Source: Candidatus Sulfotelmatobacter sp. (GTDB lineage: Bacteria > Acidobacteriota > Terriglobia > Terriglobales > Acidobacteriaceae). Taken from it: a stretch of 64,000 nucleotides of DNA. The DNA is taken from positions 6,083-70,082 of the forward strand of contig JADGNQ010000013.1 in assembly GCA_017883385.1 (NCBI GenBank), in the 5' to 3' direction. The position numbers and the translations under genes are program-made. The first letter of the stretch is position 1; every line of letters starts with the position of its first letter. The notes beneath the pieces were generated by a model that was not told the DNA's origin, ran no database searches, and saw only the letters and a program-made list of their open reading frames with translations. Below are positions 51,263 to 60,527 of this stretch, in pieces.

Positions 51263-53191
51263 TCAGCGCCCCAGTTGGGACCAGATGGCGGTCCGGAAGT
51301 TTTCTTCGATCAGAGCTTGCGCTCGCGTTGTGGTGCGGAAGGCTTCTTTCAGCAGGCTCCTCTGCAAGTGCGTGAGCGCATCAGGAGAGATGTAGTTGCT
51401 CAGTTCCTTGCCATCACGGACCTGATGAAGCTGGCACTCGAGGCGCATGAGGGTAAGGAACTCGAAGGCCTCCTTCATATCTTGAAAGATCGCCGGGTCT
51501 CGGTCTGGCTTTGAAGTAAGTGCGGATAGGCGGTCCCCAGTGTTCGTGGGTTCGACTCCCACATCGAGCGCGAACATGCGGGCCGCGTTCACGATCGGAC
51601 CGGTGCCAAACAGTTTGAGATCGAGTTGATTCTTGTGTTCTCCACTGCGCTCGAGGACGAAGTTACGGAAGAATCCGAGCGGAGGCTTGTGCATGGTCGA
51701 GACACAGGCGAGCACTGACTTGAACATGCCTGCGCCCTTCAACAACTCGCGCACGCTGGCGGCGAGCGTTTGGAACAGCGAGAAGTCGCCGGCAACAGGA
51801 CGCATGTCGAAGAAGATAAGAGCATCCTCGGTACCATGAAGTTCAGCTTCCGTAATCCACGCCCGGAAGTAGCTGAGCCAGGTTTGGAGCGGCTGACGCC
51901 AGCGCGGGTTGCTGGCCATGTAGTTGCCCGTGCAAGGTGGATATCCGCAGGTAGCCAGCGCATCCTGCACGAAGGCGGCAAGTTGGGCGAAGTACTCGCG
52001 GGCCTTCGGCTCGTCTTCGGAGTCCTCGTAGATGAGGGCGTTGTCCTGATCGGTTTTGAAGGTCTGCTCACGGCGGCCTTCGCTACCCAGCACAACCCAA
52101 CAGTAAGGAACTGGTGCGCGTCCAATTTTGGCTTCTGCGAATTGGAGAATCTTTCCGATGAGGCGGTCGTTCACTTCGGCGACGACTCGGGTCACGTGAC
52201 TGGCCTTCGCGCCTTCCCGTAGTAGGAGCGGCAGAAGGCCGTTGATGCGAGTCTGCGCCGCGGCCAGATCCTGCACATTCGTTTGCGTCTCTACAAACCG
52301 CACCACGTTAAGCGGAGACTTGCCCTGCAGCACCATCAAGTCGTGAGCGGTGAGAACGCCCGCGGGAGTTCCCTGCTGCGTAACCAGCACGTGGTGGATG
52401 TTGCGGCTCACCATCGCCAGCAAGACGTGGAACAGTCGTTCGTTGGCCTCGACCGCGACTACAGGCTGGCTCATGATCTCGGTGACTTTGAGTTCAAGGG
52501 ATAGAGCCTGCGCCACAACCTTCTCGGCAAAATCGCGATCAGTAACGATGCCTACGGCCACGCCAGCAGCATCGACAACGAACACGCAGGTGGCCTTCGA
52601 ACTGGCCAGCATCTGCGCGGCTTCGCGAATGGTCGTCTCCTGCTTGCATAGTAAGGGAGGAACGCCCGGCACGTCGCTGACGGACAGCGAATAGAGGAGG
52701 CGTTCGGTGTCGCCCATGAGTCCGGTCTGGGTACGGAGTTCCTGCAGGCTGCGATCGATGTAGCGCGTCACGGAGGTTCGCAGCAGATAGTTTGCGACCT
52801 CGGCATTGGAAGAGATGAGGCGTTGCACCTGCTCTGCCGGGATGCAGTAACAAAGAGTGTCTTCAATGGCGGTGACGTCGAGGCGGGCGAGATCCTTGCT
52901 CATGATGGAGAGCAGGCCGAAGATTTCACCTTCACTGCGCATGTCGAGCACGAGTTGCTTGCCGACCTGCGATCGGAGGAAGAGCTTGACCCCGCCTTTG
53001 TGCACGACGTAGAGCGATTCTGCTGCGGGATGTCCCGCGCTGAGGATGACGGTGTCTTTGGGAAAGAATTCCAGCGTCATGCTGCCGGCCAACCGGGAGA
53101 GTTCGGCGGCGGAAAGGAACTGGAACGGAGGGATGTTCTTGAGAAATGAGACCACCGTGCCTGTGACCACTGATTCGGATGAGGACGACAC
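51263..53191 (-). CDS. cNMP-binding / CBS-pair / DUF294 nucleotidyltransferase signalling protein
   Basis: The N-terminal cyclic-nucleotide-binding fold reads FPKDTVILSAGHPAAESLYVVHKGGVKL...GEIFG. Two CBS motifs follow. Then comes VVLGSEGRREQTFKTDQDNALIY, the DUF294 Pol-beta-type NTase motif, and a C-terminal helical DUF294_C-like domain. Confidence 0.8.
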   Translation of the reverse strand: MSSSSESVVTGTVVSFLKNIPPFQFLSAAELSRLAGSMTLEFFPKDTVILSAGHPAAESLYVVHKGGVKLFLRSQVGKQLVLDMRSEGEIFGLLSIMSKDLARLDVTAIEDTLCYCIPAEQVQRLISSNAEVANYLLRTSVTRYIDRSLQELRTQTGLMGDTERLLYSLSVSDVPGVPPLLCKQETTIREAAQMLASSKATCVFVVDAAGVAVGIVTDRDFAEKVVAQALSLELKVTEIMSQPVVAVEANERLFHVLLAMVSRNIHHVLVTQQGTPAGVLTAHDLMVLQGKSPLNVVRFVETQTNVQDLAAAQTRINGLLPLLLREGAKASHVTRVVAEVNDRLIGKILQFAEAKIGRAPVPYCWVVLGSEGRREQTFKTDQDNALIYEDSEDEPKAREYFAQLAAFVQDALATCGYPPCTGNYMASNPRWRQPLQTWLSYFRAWITEAELHGTEDALIFFDMRPVAGDFSLFQTLAASVRELLKGAGMFKSVLACVSTMHKPPLGFFRNFVLERSGEHKNQLDLKLFGTGPIVNAARMFALDVGVEPTNTGDRLSALTSKPDRDPAIFQDMKEAFEFLTLMRLECQLHQVRDGKELSNYISPDALTHLQRSLLKEAFRTTTRAQALIEENFRTAIWSQLGR

Positions 53192-53418
53192 GAACGGACC
53201 TCAAAGGCGAACGACAGACCCATGATGGTAGGTGGCGATGCGATTAAAGTCAAAGCGCGGCGAGCCCGCGTGCTGACCAGACAGCGAGCGATATGTATCG
53301 TTCGTCGCCGCGCGGAGATATTGGCACTGTCCTCGAAGTGCCGAACCGGCCCGAGTGGACACAACCGGTCGATGAGTGTTGATTTGTGTCAATTGACCGG
53401 TGTGGGCTAGATGGCTCA

Positions 53419-53871
53419 CTACTCTCGGAGTGCCAGAGGAAAGAGCCACAGAAAGCAAATCCAATAGGCCGCAAGCGTCAATCCGAGGCGTGACCAGCCC
53501 CTTCCAAACCAGACTAGTATCGCCGCCACTGCATTCACTCCGAGTAAGCACAAGACTACTGGGCGGAGGTGCAGAGTTACGCCACTCAGTGCGATGGGCC
53601 AAGTCGCGACGGGACACGAACACAGCGCGAGCAAGAGGACCATTCCGGTTATGTATAGCGCGCGACGCCATCGTGCGAGCGAACTCTGCTGCTCGCTTCG
53701 GTAACGCACCAACGTGCTCAACACGACGGCGATTACAGATGCGTACAGCACGACGAGGAAAGAGACGCCTAGGAATTTATGACCCCAGATCAGGCTGTTT
53801 CCGCCCATGTAGATTGGGACAAGCAGGGCTGATGTCGCCATTGCCACGGTTTGCACAGTTTTCGCTTTCAC
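53419..53871 (-). CDS. Hypothetical small membrane protein (about 4 TM)
   Basis: 150-aa ORF with four clear hydrophobic segments. I recognise no family and the Shine-Dalgarno is weak. Confidence 0.45.
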   Translation of the reverse strand: MKAKTVQTVAMATSALLVPIYMGGNSLIWGHKFLGVSFLVVLYASVIAVVLSTLVRYRSEQQSSLARWRRALYITGMVLLLALCSCPVATWPIALSGVTLHLRPVVLCLLGVNAVAAILVWFGRGWSRLGLTLAAYWICFLWLFPLALRE

Positions 53872-53964
53872 GGCAGTCGGGACCTTAGCCTACAGGAGCG
53901 TTGCTCGTCAGCAAAACGTTGCTGCTGTTATCAGGCGGCCATTTCACTCACCGACAATTGCGAT

Positions 53965-56900
53965 CTACTTCGCGCCCAGATCGTCGTGCTCGTGATAGTT
54001 CGGGTATGGCGGACGCTTGATCTCGGGTAGCGGATGATCTTTCAATTGCTGCATCACCACCTCGATCGCTTTCTCGAGTTGGGCGTCGTGGCCTTGCTTC
54101 CATGCTGTCGGTTCGAGATCGACTTCGACGTCTGGCGGGACGCCGTGGTTCTCGACCTCCCATTCACCGTTGAGTCCATAGATGGCCGCTCGCGGAGCGG
54201 TGACACGGCCACCGTCGATGAGTTCGGGATAGCCGCCAATGCCTACCAGTCCGCCCCAAGTCTTCTTGCCGATCAACGGGCCGATGCCGGCCTTGCGGAA
54301 GTACCAGGGCAACGCGTCGCCGCCGGAGCCGGACATTTCGTTGATGATCATGACCTTCGGACCGTAGATCGCTTCCGAAGGACTCGACCAGTCATGACCC
54401 TCGCGAGTGACGACCTTGCTCATCATGGGACGGCGCAAGTGGTCGACGATGTAGTCGGCGAGTTGTCCACCTTCATTGAAGCGTTCGTCGATGATGGCTC
54501 CTTCCTTGCCCACTTGCGAAAAGTAGTAGCGGTTGAAACTCGTATAGCCCGCGCCGGCAGTATTGGGCACATGCACATAGGCGACGCGGCCTCCGGTGGC
54601 TTGATCGACGCGGCGGCGATTGTTTTCGATCCAGGCGAGATGGCGAAGGTTTTCTTCGCTCTCGACCGGAACGACCGTGACGTCGCGAGAGTCTTTGCCG
54701 TCAGAATTGGCGCCGACTTTCAGCACGACCTGCTTCCCTGCCGTCTCTTCGAAGAAGCTGTAGATATTGTCGGAAGCATGCAGATCGCGGCCGTTCACTG
54801 CAAGGATGTAGTCTCCGGCCTTGACGTTGACGCCGGGCTGGGTCAGCGGAGCCTGGTTGCCGGGATTCCAGTTCTCTCCGTCAAAGACCTTCGCTATCCG
54901 ATAGCGGCCGTTCTCCAGGCTGTAGTCGGCGCCGAGGAGGCCGCCTTTGAGCTTCTTCGGTTCAGGCACCTCGCCGCCGCCGACGAACATGTGTCCGACG
55001 GTGAGTTCGCCCAGACACTCTTCGAAGAGATAGGTGAGTTCGCCGCGGGAAGCGATGCCGTCGAGGTACGGCGCGTACTTCTTCTTGGCCTTGTCGAGGT
55101 CGAGGCCGTGATAGTGCAAGTCGTAGAAGAAGTCGCGCTCAATGCGCCAGGTCTCGTTGTAGATCTGCTTCCACATGGCGCGGGGCTCGACGTAGACTTC
55201 CCAGCCGTCGAGCTTGAGCGGGCCGAAACCAGGTTTGGGCGGACCGCTGCCGCCGGGGCCGTCATCGGCTGATGCGGTTGCCCAAGAGTCACCTTTGCGG
55301 TAGAGAACCTTTTCGCCGTCGAAGGAGATGGTGAAGTCGTTGACTTCGTCCATGAACTTGTCGGCCTTGCGCTTGCTGAGATCGAACTTCTGAATGGTTT
55401 GATTCAGGTTGGGCTGATCGTCTTCGGTGATGACTTGTGGACCCTCGGAGAGGAATAGAATTCCCGACTTGCCGGAAAGCAGGTTCAGGTAGTTCTTGGG
55501 CGGAATTGGCAGCGAGAGGATGCGTTGACCGATGCCTTCGATGTCGACTTTGACGACGACGGGTTCGTCTTTCTTGTCTTTGTCTTTGTCTTTGTCTTTG
55601 TCTTTCTCCTTGTCTTTGTCCTTGTCGTCTTTGCTCTTATCCTTGTTGGCCGATTTGTCGTCGGCTTTGCTCTTGTCTTTGGCTTTATCCTTATCCTTGG
55701 CCTGATCTTTGTCCTTGGCTTTGTCTTTATCCTGATCGGCCTTCTTCTCTTCTTTCGACTTTTCCTCGTCGCTTTCGGGAGCGAGCGGCGATTTTTCGTC
55801 TTTACTCAGAACAGCAACGTAGGCGCTGCGCGAGATGCGGTGCTCGTCGCTCGACATGTCGAGACCCGCGGTTGTCAGAGCTGTATCAGTGGAGGCCGTA
55901 AAGTAAAGGTACTTTCCATTCTTGTCGAAGGTGGGATTGAGAGCGTCGCTCATGCCGTCGGTGACCTGGAACGCCTTGCCCTGCTCGACCGAGAAGACGA
56001 ACACCGCGTGTATGCCGCTGGGAAGCTGCTTGGTGTAGGCGATCCACTTGCTGTCGGGGGACCATGTTTGATTGAGCTGCGTGGGGCCGAAGCCGCCGAA
56101 GTAGTCGGCGTCGACGAGCTTGGGCGCCGGGTTGTCGAGGTCGAGGTACCAGAGCTGCAGGCGCTTGTCGCTGTATGCGATCTTCTTGCTGTCGGGGGAC
56201 CAGGCGGGCGTGTAGAAAAACGATGGCGGAGAGCCAAGGCGAATGTGGCGAACCGGACCGAGGCCGGTCTGGTCGCGGATGGCCAAGTCATACTCTCCTG
56301 ATTCGTCGGAGAAATAGGCTATCGATTTGCCATCGGGTGACCACTGAGGGTCGCGATCGGCGACCGCGGGACTGTGGGTGAGATTGCGAATGTCGCCTTT
56401 GTCGGTGGGAACGGTGAAAATTTCTCCCCAAGCCTCAAAGACGGCGCGCGCGCCGGTGGGTGAAATGTTGAAGTTCTGAATGCGCTTGGGATCGACCTTG
56501 GCGAAGTGCGGGCGCACGGCGTCAATATCGCCGGTGACGTGGATCGTGATGTTCTTTGCCTGGTGCGTTTGCAGGTCGTAGAGCTTGATCGCGCCGAACT
56601 GTTCGATCACGATGGCATCGGGTCCGGCAGAGGCTCCCTTGAAATCGAGGCCGTCGCTGTGGAGAGCTTCCGCGACCTGCTTCGTCTTCGTGTCGTAGGC
56701 GAAGAGGCTGACCGGGCCGTTGCGGTCGGAAAGGAAATAGATTGTGTCGCCGACCCACATGGGATGGTCATCGTTGGAGTTTTCGCGAGGAATTTTCACC
56801 ACGCTGGAATCTTTGAGATCGAGAATCCAGATGGGTGTGGTTTGACCGCCGTGGTAGCGCTTCCAGGCTGCCTGCCACTTCGGATGCGGGACGTAGGCGA

Positions 56901-57411
56901 TGTGAGTACCGTCGGGCGAGAAGCTGGCGTCTTCGGCGATGGGGATGGGCAACTGCGTGGGAAGTCCGCCCTCGACGGGGACGGTGTAGAGCTGATCCTC
57001 AAAGTGCATGAAGCTGTTGCCCCAGGAGTTGAACAGGATCTTCTTGCCGTCGGAAGTCCAGCCGGCGACGTACTCTTCGGAAGGATGGTAGGTCAGACGG
57101 CGGGGCTCGCCGCCGAAAGCCGGGACTACGTAGACGTCGCGATTGCCGTCGTATTCACCGGTGAAGGCGATCGTCGAACCGTCGGGAGAAAAGTGCGGGA
57201 CACCCTCGAAACCGATTCCGGAAGTGAGGCGGTGCGCGTCTCCGCCGTCGCGGCCAACGGTCCAGAGATCTCCTGCGTAGTTGAAGACGATCTGGGTCTT
57301 GCTGACAGTGGGGAAACGCAGCAGGAGTGGTGGATCGGACTGGGCAGCAACGGTGGTTTGCAGGAACGTCGAGACGAAGACGAACAACAATACAGAACGG
57401 AGTTTGCGCAT
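53965..57411 (-). CDS. Tricorn protease homolog (beta-propellers + PDZ + S41 peptidase) with a Lys/Asp-rich insert
   Basis: 1148 aa with a signal peptide. The N-terminus PTVSKTQIVFNYAGDLWTV...FSPDGSTIAFTGEYDGNRDVYVV is characteristic of tricorn homologs. The C-terminal S41-like part reads MSGSGGDALPWYF...GKKTWGG. Confidence 0.88.
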   Translation of the reverse strand: MRKLRSVLLFVFVSTFLQTTVAAQSDPPLLLRFPTVSKTQIVFNYAGDLWTVGRDGGDAHRLTSGIGFEGVPHFSPDGSTIAFTGEYDGNRDVYVVPAFGGEPRRLTYHPSEEYVAGWTSDGKKILFNSWGNSFMHFEDQLYTVPVEGGLPTQLPIPIAEDASFSPDGTHIAYVPHPKWQAAWKRYHGGQTTPIWILDLKDSSVVKIPRENSNDDHPMWVGDTIYFLSDRNGPVSLFAYDTKTKQVAEALHSDGLDFKGASAGPDAIVIEQFGAIKLYDLQTHQAKNITIHVTGDIDAVRPHFAKVDPKRIQNFNISPTGARAVFEAWGEIFTVPTDKGDIRNLTHSPAVADRDPQWSPDGKSIAYFSDESGEYDLAIRDQTGLGPVRHIRLGSPPSFFYTPAWSPDSKKIAYSDKRLQLWYLDLDNPAPKLVDADYFGGFGPTQLNQTWSPDSKWIAYTKQLPSGIHAVFVFSVEQGKAFQVTDGMSDALNPTFDKNGKYLYFTASTDTALTTAGLDMSSDEHRISRSAYVAVLSKDEKSPLAPESDEEKSKEEKKADQDKDKAKDKDQAKDKDKAKDKSKADDKSANKDKSKDDKDKDKEKDKDKDKDKDKKDEPVVVKVDIEGIGQRILSLPIPPKNYLNLLSGKSGILFLSEGPQVITEDDQPNLNQTIQKFDLSKRKADKFMDEVNDFTISFDGEKVLYRKGDSWATASADDGPGGSGPPKPGFGPLKLDGWEVYVEPRAMWKQIYNETWRIERDFFYDLHYHGLDLDKAKKKYAPYLDGIASRGELTYLFEECLGELTVGHMFVGGGEVPEPKKLKGGLLGADYSLENGRYRIAKVFDGENWNPGNQAPLTQPGVNVKAGDYILAVNGRDLHASDNIYSFFEETAGKQVVLKVGANSDGKDSRDVTVVPVESEENLRHLAWIENNRRRVDQATGGRVAYVHVPNTAGAGYTSFNRYYFSQVGKEGAIIDERFNEGGQLADYIVDHLRRPMMSKVVTREGHDWSSPSEAIYGPKVMIINEMSGSGGDALPWYFRKAGIGPLIGKKTWGGLVGIGGYPELIDGGRVTAPRAAIYGLNGEWEVENHGVPPDVEVDLEPTAWKQGHDAQLEKAIEVVMQQLKDHPLPEIKRPPYPNYHEHDDLGAK
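55562..55775. repeat. Low-complexity hexamer-repeat tract encoding (K/D)-rich sequence inside the tricorn gene
   Basis: Five perfect GTCTTT units at 55575-55604, plus many degenerate GTC(C/T)TT / ATCCTT units. On the minus strand it is translated as ...KDKAKDKDQAKDKDKAKDKSK...KDKDKEKDKDKDKDKDKKDEP. Confidence 0.9.
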
Positions 57412-57468
57412 GTGGCTCCTGATGACTTCAGGCGAACCGGGAATCTTAGTGTGCGGCGAGGATGGTGG

Positions 57469-58734
57469 TCAACTGCGCGGCTTCTTCTTCCCCGGCATGC
57501 TCGCCGGATTCTCGTGAATACGTTCGCGGAAGGTCCCGCGGAGACCCGCAGCCAGACCCACGCTGGACTCGCCGAATTTGTCACGCATGCGGTCGGCGGC
57601 GGCCATGGCATCTTTCCACCGCTCCTGGCGGTTTCCCTCGAGAAGATTGATCTGATCGGGCTGCGAAGTGAACGACGACGCGTGCACGCCCAGGAGGCGC
57701 ACCGGCACACCTTTTTTCCAATTCTTGCGAAAGAGGGCGCGGATCTGTCCGAAGATTTCGGTGTCGAGTTGAGTTGGGGCCGCCAGGGTGTGGGCCCGGG
57801 TCAGGGTGGTGAAGTCTTTATAGCGCAGTTTGAGTTGAACCGTGCGCGCGTAGAAACTGGATTCGCGCAGACGGCGGCCTACCATCTCGGAGAGGCGCAT
57901 CAGCGTGGCCTCGAGTTGGCTGATGTCGGCGGTGTCTTCGTTGTAGGTGTGCTCATGGCTGATGGATTTGGCCCCGACGTCGGCACCGACTTCGGTGTCG
58001 AACCAGCCGCCAGCGTCTTCGCCGCGAGCCTTGCCGGCCAAGGCCAGGCCCCACTTTCCGAAACGATCGCTGAGTTCGGATTCTTCAAGGCGCGCGAGGT
58101 CTCCGACTTTTTTGATGCCGAGCGCGTGGAGGTGGGTCTCCATGACTTTGCCGACGCCGGGAATTTCGCGCACGTCGAGGGGAGCCAGGAACTTCGCCTC
58201 TTCGCCGGGGACGATCCAGAGAACGCCGTTGGGCTTGGCTTGCGCGGAAGAAACTTTGGCGATCAGGCGCGAGGTTCCGATGCCCACCGAGCAGTTCAGG
58301 CCCGTGTCGGCCTTCATGCGCTGGTGCAGCGTGTGCGCGGCCTTGAGGGGAGGACCATGCAGACGGTCGGTGCCGGTCATGTCGAGATAGGCTTCGTCGA
58401 TGGAAGCCATTTCTACTTGCGGACTAAATGTGCCCAGCACTTTGTAGACTTTCTCAGAACACTCGCGGTAACGCTCGGGATGGCCGTTCACGAAGATCGC
58501 GTGAGGACACTGCTTGGCTGCGGTACGAAGCGGCATGGCGGAATGCACTCCGAACTTGCGCGCTTCGTAGGAGGCCGCAGAGACCACGCCGCGCTCGTCG
58601 CGCTGGCCGCCGACTACGACTGCTTTGCCTTTCAGCGCGGGATCGAAGAGCTCTTCGACGGAGACAAAGAAGGCGTCCATGTCGACGTGGAAGATGGTGC
58701 GGGTGAAGGCGGGCATGGAGATGACTGCGGACAT
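57469..58734 (-). CDS. dinB: DNA polymerase IV (Y-family)
   Basis: IFHVDMDAFFVSVEEL, SIDEAYLD and the overall Y-family layout. I place the start at ATG 58734 (or 58716). The track N-terminus up to 58836 reads through repeat R2. Confidence 0.9.
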   Translation of the reverse strand: MSAVISMPAFTRTIFHVDMDAFFVSVEELFDPALKGKAVVVGGQRDERGVVSAASYEARKFGVHSAMPLRTAAKQCPHAIFVNGHPERYRECSEKVYKVLGTFSPQVEMASIDEAYLDMTGTDRLHGPPLKAAHTLHQRMKADTGLNCSVGIGTSRLIAKVSSAQAKPNGVLWIVPGEEAKFLAPLDVREIPGVGKVMETHLHALGIKKVGDLARLEESELSDRFGKWGLALAGKARGEDAGGWFDTEVGADVGAKSISHEHTYNEDTADISQLEATLMRLSEMVGRRLRESSFYARTVQLKLRYKDFTTLTRAHTLAAPTQLDTEIFGQIRALFRKNWKKGVPVRLLGVHASSFTSQPDQINLLEGNRQERWKDAMAAADRMRDKFGESSVGLAAGLRGTFRERIHENPASMPGKKKPRS

Positions 58735-58773
58735 CTTCTGCGGATTGTAGCAGCGGGGCGAGCGGATGCGAAC

Positions 58774-58920
58774 GTCATCCCGAGCGAAGCGAAGGACCTG
58801 GGTTCTTGCTGGCGCCGCCACAGTCTCGCGGCACACGCAGAAACCCAGGTCCCTCGCTTCGCTCGGGATGAAACATATGGGTGGTACCAGCGAATCGCGA
58901 GACTCCGCTCAGGATGACAC
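58774..58920. repeat. R2 element: a full inverted copy plus an extra terminal half-site
   Basis: GTCATCCCGAGCGAAGCGAAGGACCTGGGTT ... AACCCAGGTCCCTCGCTTCGCTCGGGATGA (58774-58872), plus CGCTCAGGATGACAC (58906-20). It occupies most of the glgA-dinB spacer. Confidence 0.85.
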
Positions 58921-60405
58921 GCCTACCAAGGCTTTTTCTGGTGCTGGCGCTGCTGGCGCACCGCGCAACTGACGCACTCGCTCGTAGATCTTGCCGTACT
59001 CGCGCGCGGAGGCGTTCCAGGAGAAATCTTTGTTCATGCCGTTGCGCATGAGCACCTGCCACGACGTCTGGTCGCGGTAGGCCTGCAGGGCTTGCTTGAC
59101 GGTCAGCAGCAGCGATTCGCCGTTGTATTCGGTGAACTTGAAGCCGGTTCCCTTGCCGTTGCGGGCGTCCCAGGGCTCGATGGTGTCGTCGAGGCCGCCG
59201 GTGGCGCGGACTATCGGCACCGTGCCGTACTTGAGGCTGTAGATCTGGTTCAGGCCGCAGGGCTCATAGCGCGATGGCATGAGGAACATGTCCGAGCCGG
59301 CTTCGATCTTGTGCGCGATGGCGTTGTCGTAGGCGACTTTGACGGCAATCTTGTTGGGGAACTGTTTGTTGAGCCGCACGAACATTTCTTCGTAGGTCTT
59401 GTCGCCGGCGCCGAGCGCGACGATGATCATTTCTTCGCGCGCGAGGCGGTCTGCGATCTGGGAGATTAGGTCGAATCCCTTCTGGGCAGCGAAGCGGGAG
59501 ACGATGCCGATCACAGGTAGTTTAGGGTCGGCATTCTTGACTCCGAATGCCGCCAGTAGATCCTGCTTGCACTTCGCCTTGGCGGATAGGTCCTGCGGCG
59601 AGAACTTGCCGGCAGTGAACTTATCGGTCTGCGGGCTCCACTCGTCGTAATCCACTCCGTTGAGAATTCCTGTAACAGTGGCCGCGCGGTCTCGCAGCAC
59701 GCCCTCCAGGCCAAATCCGTATTCAGCAGTTTGAATCTCTTGACTGTATTTGCGGCTGACCGTGGTGATGAAATCGGAGTACGTCAACGCACCCTTGAGG
59801 AAGTTCACCTGGCCGAAAAACTCCATCTTCGACATGGTGAAGAGATCCCAGGGGAGCATGAGCAGGGGCAGAGTGTCGGGCGGGAACAAGCCCTGGTAGC
59901 CCATGTTGTGGATGGTGAAGACTGTGCCTACGTCGCAGAAAGCAGGGTCCTCGGCATAGACCGTGCGGAGGAGAACCGGAACCAGCGCCGATTGCCAATC
60001 GTGGCAGTGGAAAACCTGCGGCACGCCGAGAATCTTCGAGGCTTCGAGCACAGCGCGGGAGAACAGGGCGAAACGCTCGGCGTTGTCGGGATAGTCGCCG
60101 GCCGGCGTGCCGTAAAGCGCGTCCCGGTCGAAATATTGCGGATACTCGACAAAATAGAAGTGGACACCGCCCTGGCTGCCTCCCGAAACAACCGAGGCGA
60201 AGCGATATTGGTCGTCGAAGGGGACCGTAATGCTGCGGACCACCGTCGCCGGCTCGGTGAGCTTGGTCTGGCGGTAACGCGGCAGGTAAACGCTGACTTG
60301 ATGGCCCAAGGCGGCAAGGGAGCGGGGCAGGGCGCCAACCACATCGGCCAGCCCACCGGTCTTGGAGAATGGAACACCTTCGGAAGCGACGAATGAGATA
60401 TGCAT
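58909..60405 (-). CDS. glgA: Glycogen synthase (ADP-glucose type)
   Basis: Start at ATG 60405 (MHISFVASEGVPFSKTGGLADVVGALP). It is a GT5 family enzyme with the KTGGL motif. Confidence 0.92.
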   Translation of the reverse strand: MHISFVASEGVPFSKTGGLADVVGALPRSLAALGHQVSVYLPRYRQTKLTEPATVVRSITVPFDDQYRFASVVSGGSQGGVHFYFVEYPQYFDRDALYGTPAGDYPDNAERFALFSRAVLEASKILGVPQVFHCHDWQSALVPVLLRTVYAEDPAFCDVGTVFTIHNMGYQGLFPPDTLPLLMLPWDLFTMSKMEFFGQVNFLKGALTYSDFITTVSRKYSQEIQTAEYGFGLEGVLRDRAATVTGILNGVDYDEWSPQTDKFTAGKFSPQDLSAKAKCKQDLLAAFGVKNADPKLPVIGIVSRFAAQKGFDLISQIADRLAREEMIIVALGAGDKTYEEMFVRLNKQFPNKIAVKVAYDNAIAHKIEAGSDMFLMPSRYEPCGLNQIYSLKYGTVPIVRATGGLDDTIEPWDARNGKGTGFKFTEYNGESLLLTVKQALQAYRDQTSWQVLMRNGMNKDFSWNASAREYGKIYERVRQLRGAPAAPAPEKALVGVSS

Positions 60406-60527
60406 GAGAGCGGAACCTCCAGAGCGCGGACGATTTTCGCGGCGCACGCTATTATGAATGTGTCTCGGGGCCCAGAGGGTCCAGCAGCTAGGATGCGGAC
60501 CAACTTGCAAGTCTACTTCCCGGGGCA

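Noticed and set aside
51546-51562. A tRNA T-arm-like sequence, GTGGG-TTCGACT-CCCAC.
   Set aside because: It lies inside the DUF294 coding region. The flanks provide no matching acceptor stem (the 3' side ATCGAGC has no GCTCGAT about 65 nt upstream), no D-arm and no anticodon arm. I found no tRNA elsewhere in the window either.
56506-58917. An 803-aa plus-strand ORF, the longest unassigned ORF in the track.
   Set aside because: It lies antisense to the 5' part of the tricorn gene, all of dinB and the R2 repeat spacer. The opposite-strand genes have unambiguous family motifs, whereas this translation is Gly/Arg/Val/Ala-rich with no motif. That is typical of a shadow ORF in GC-rich DNA.
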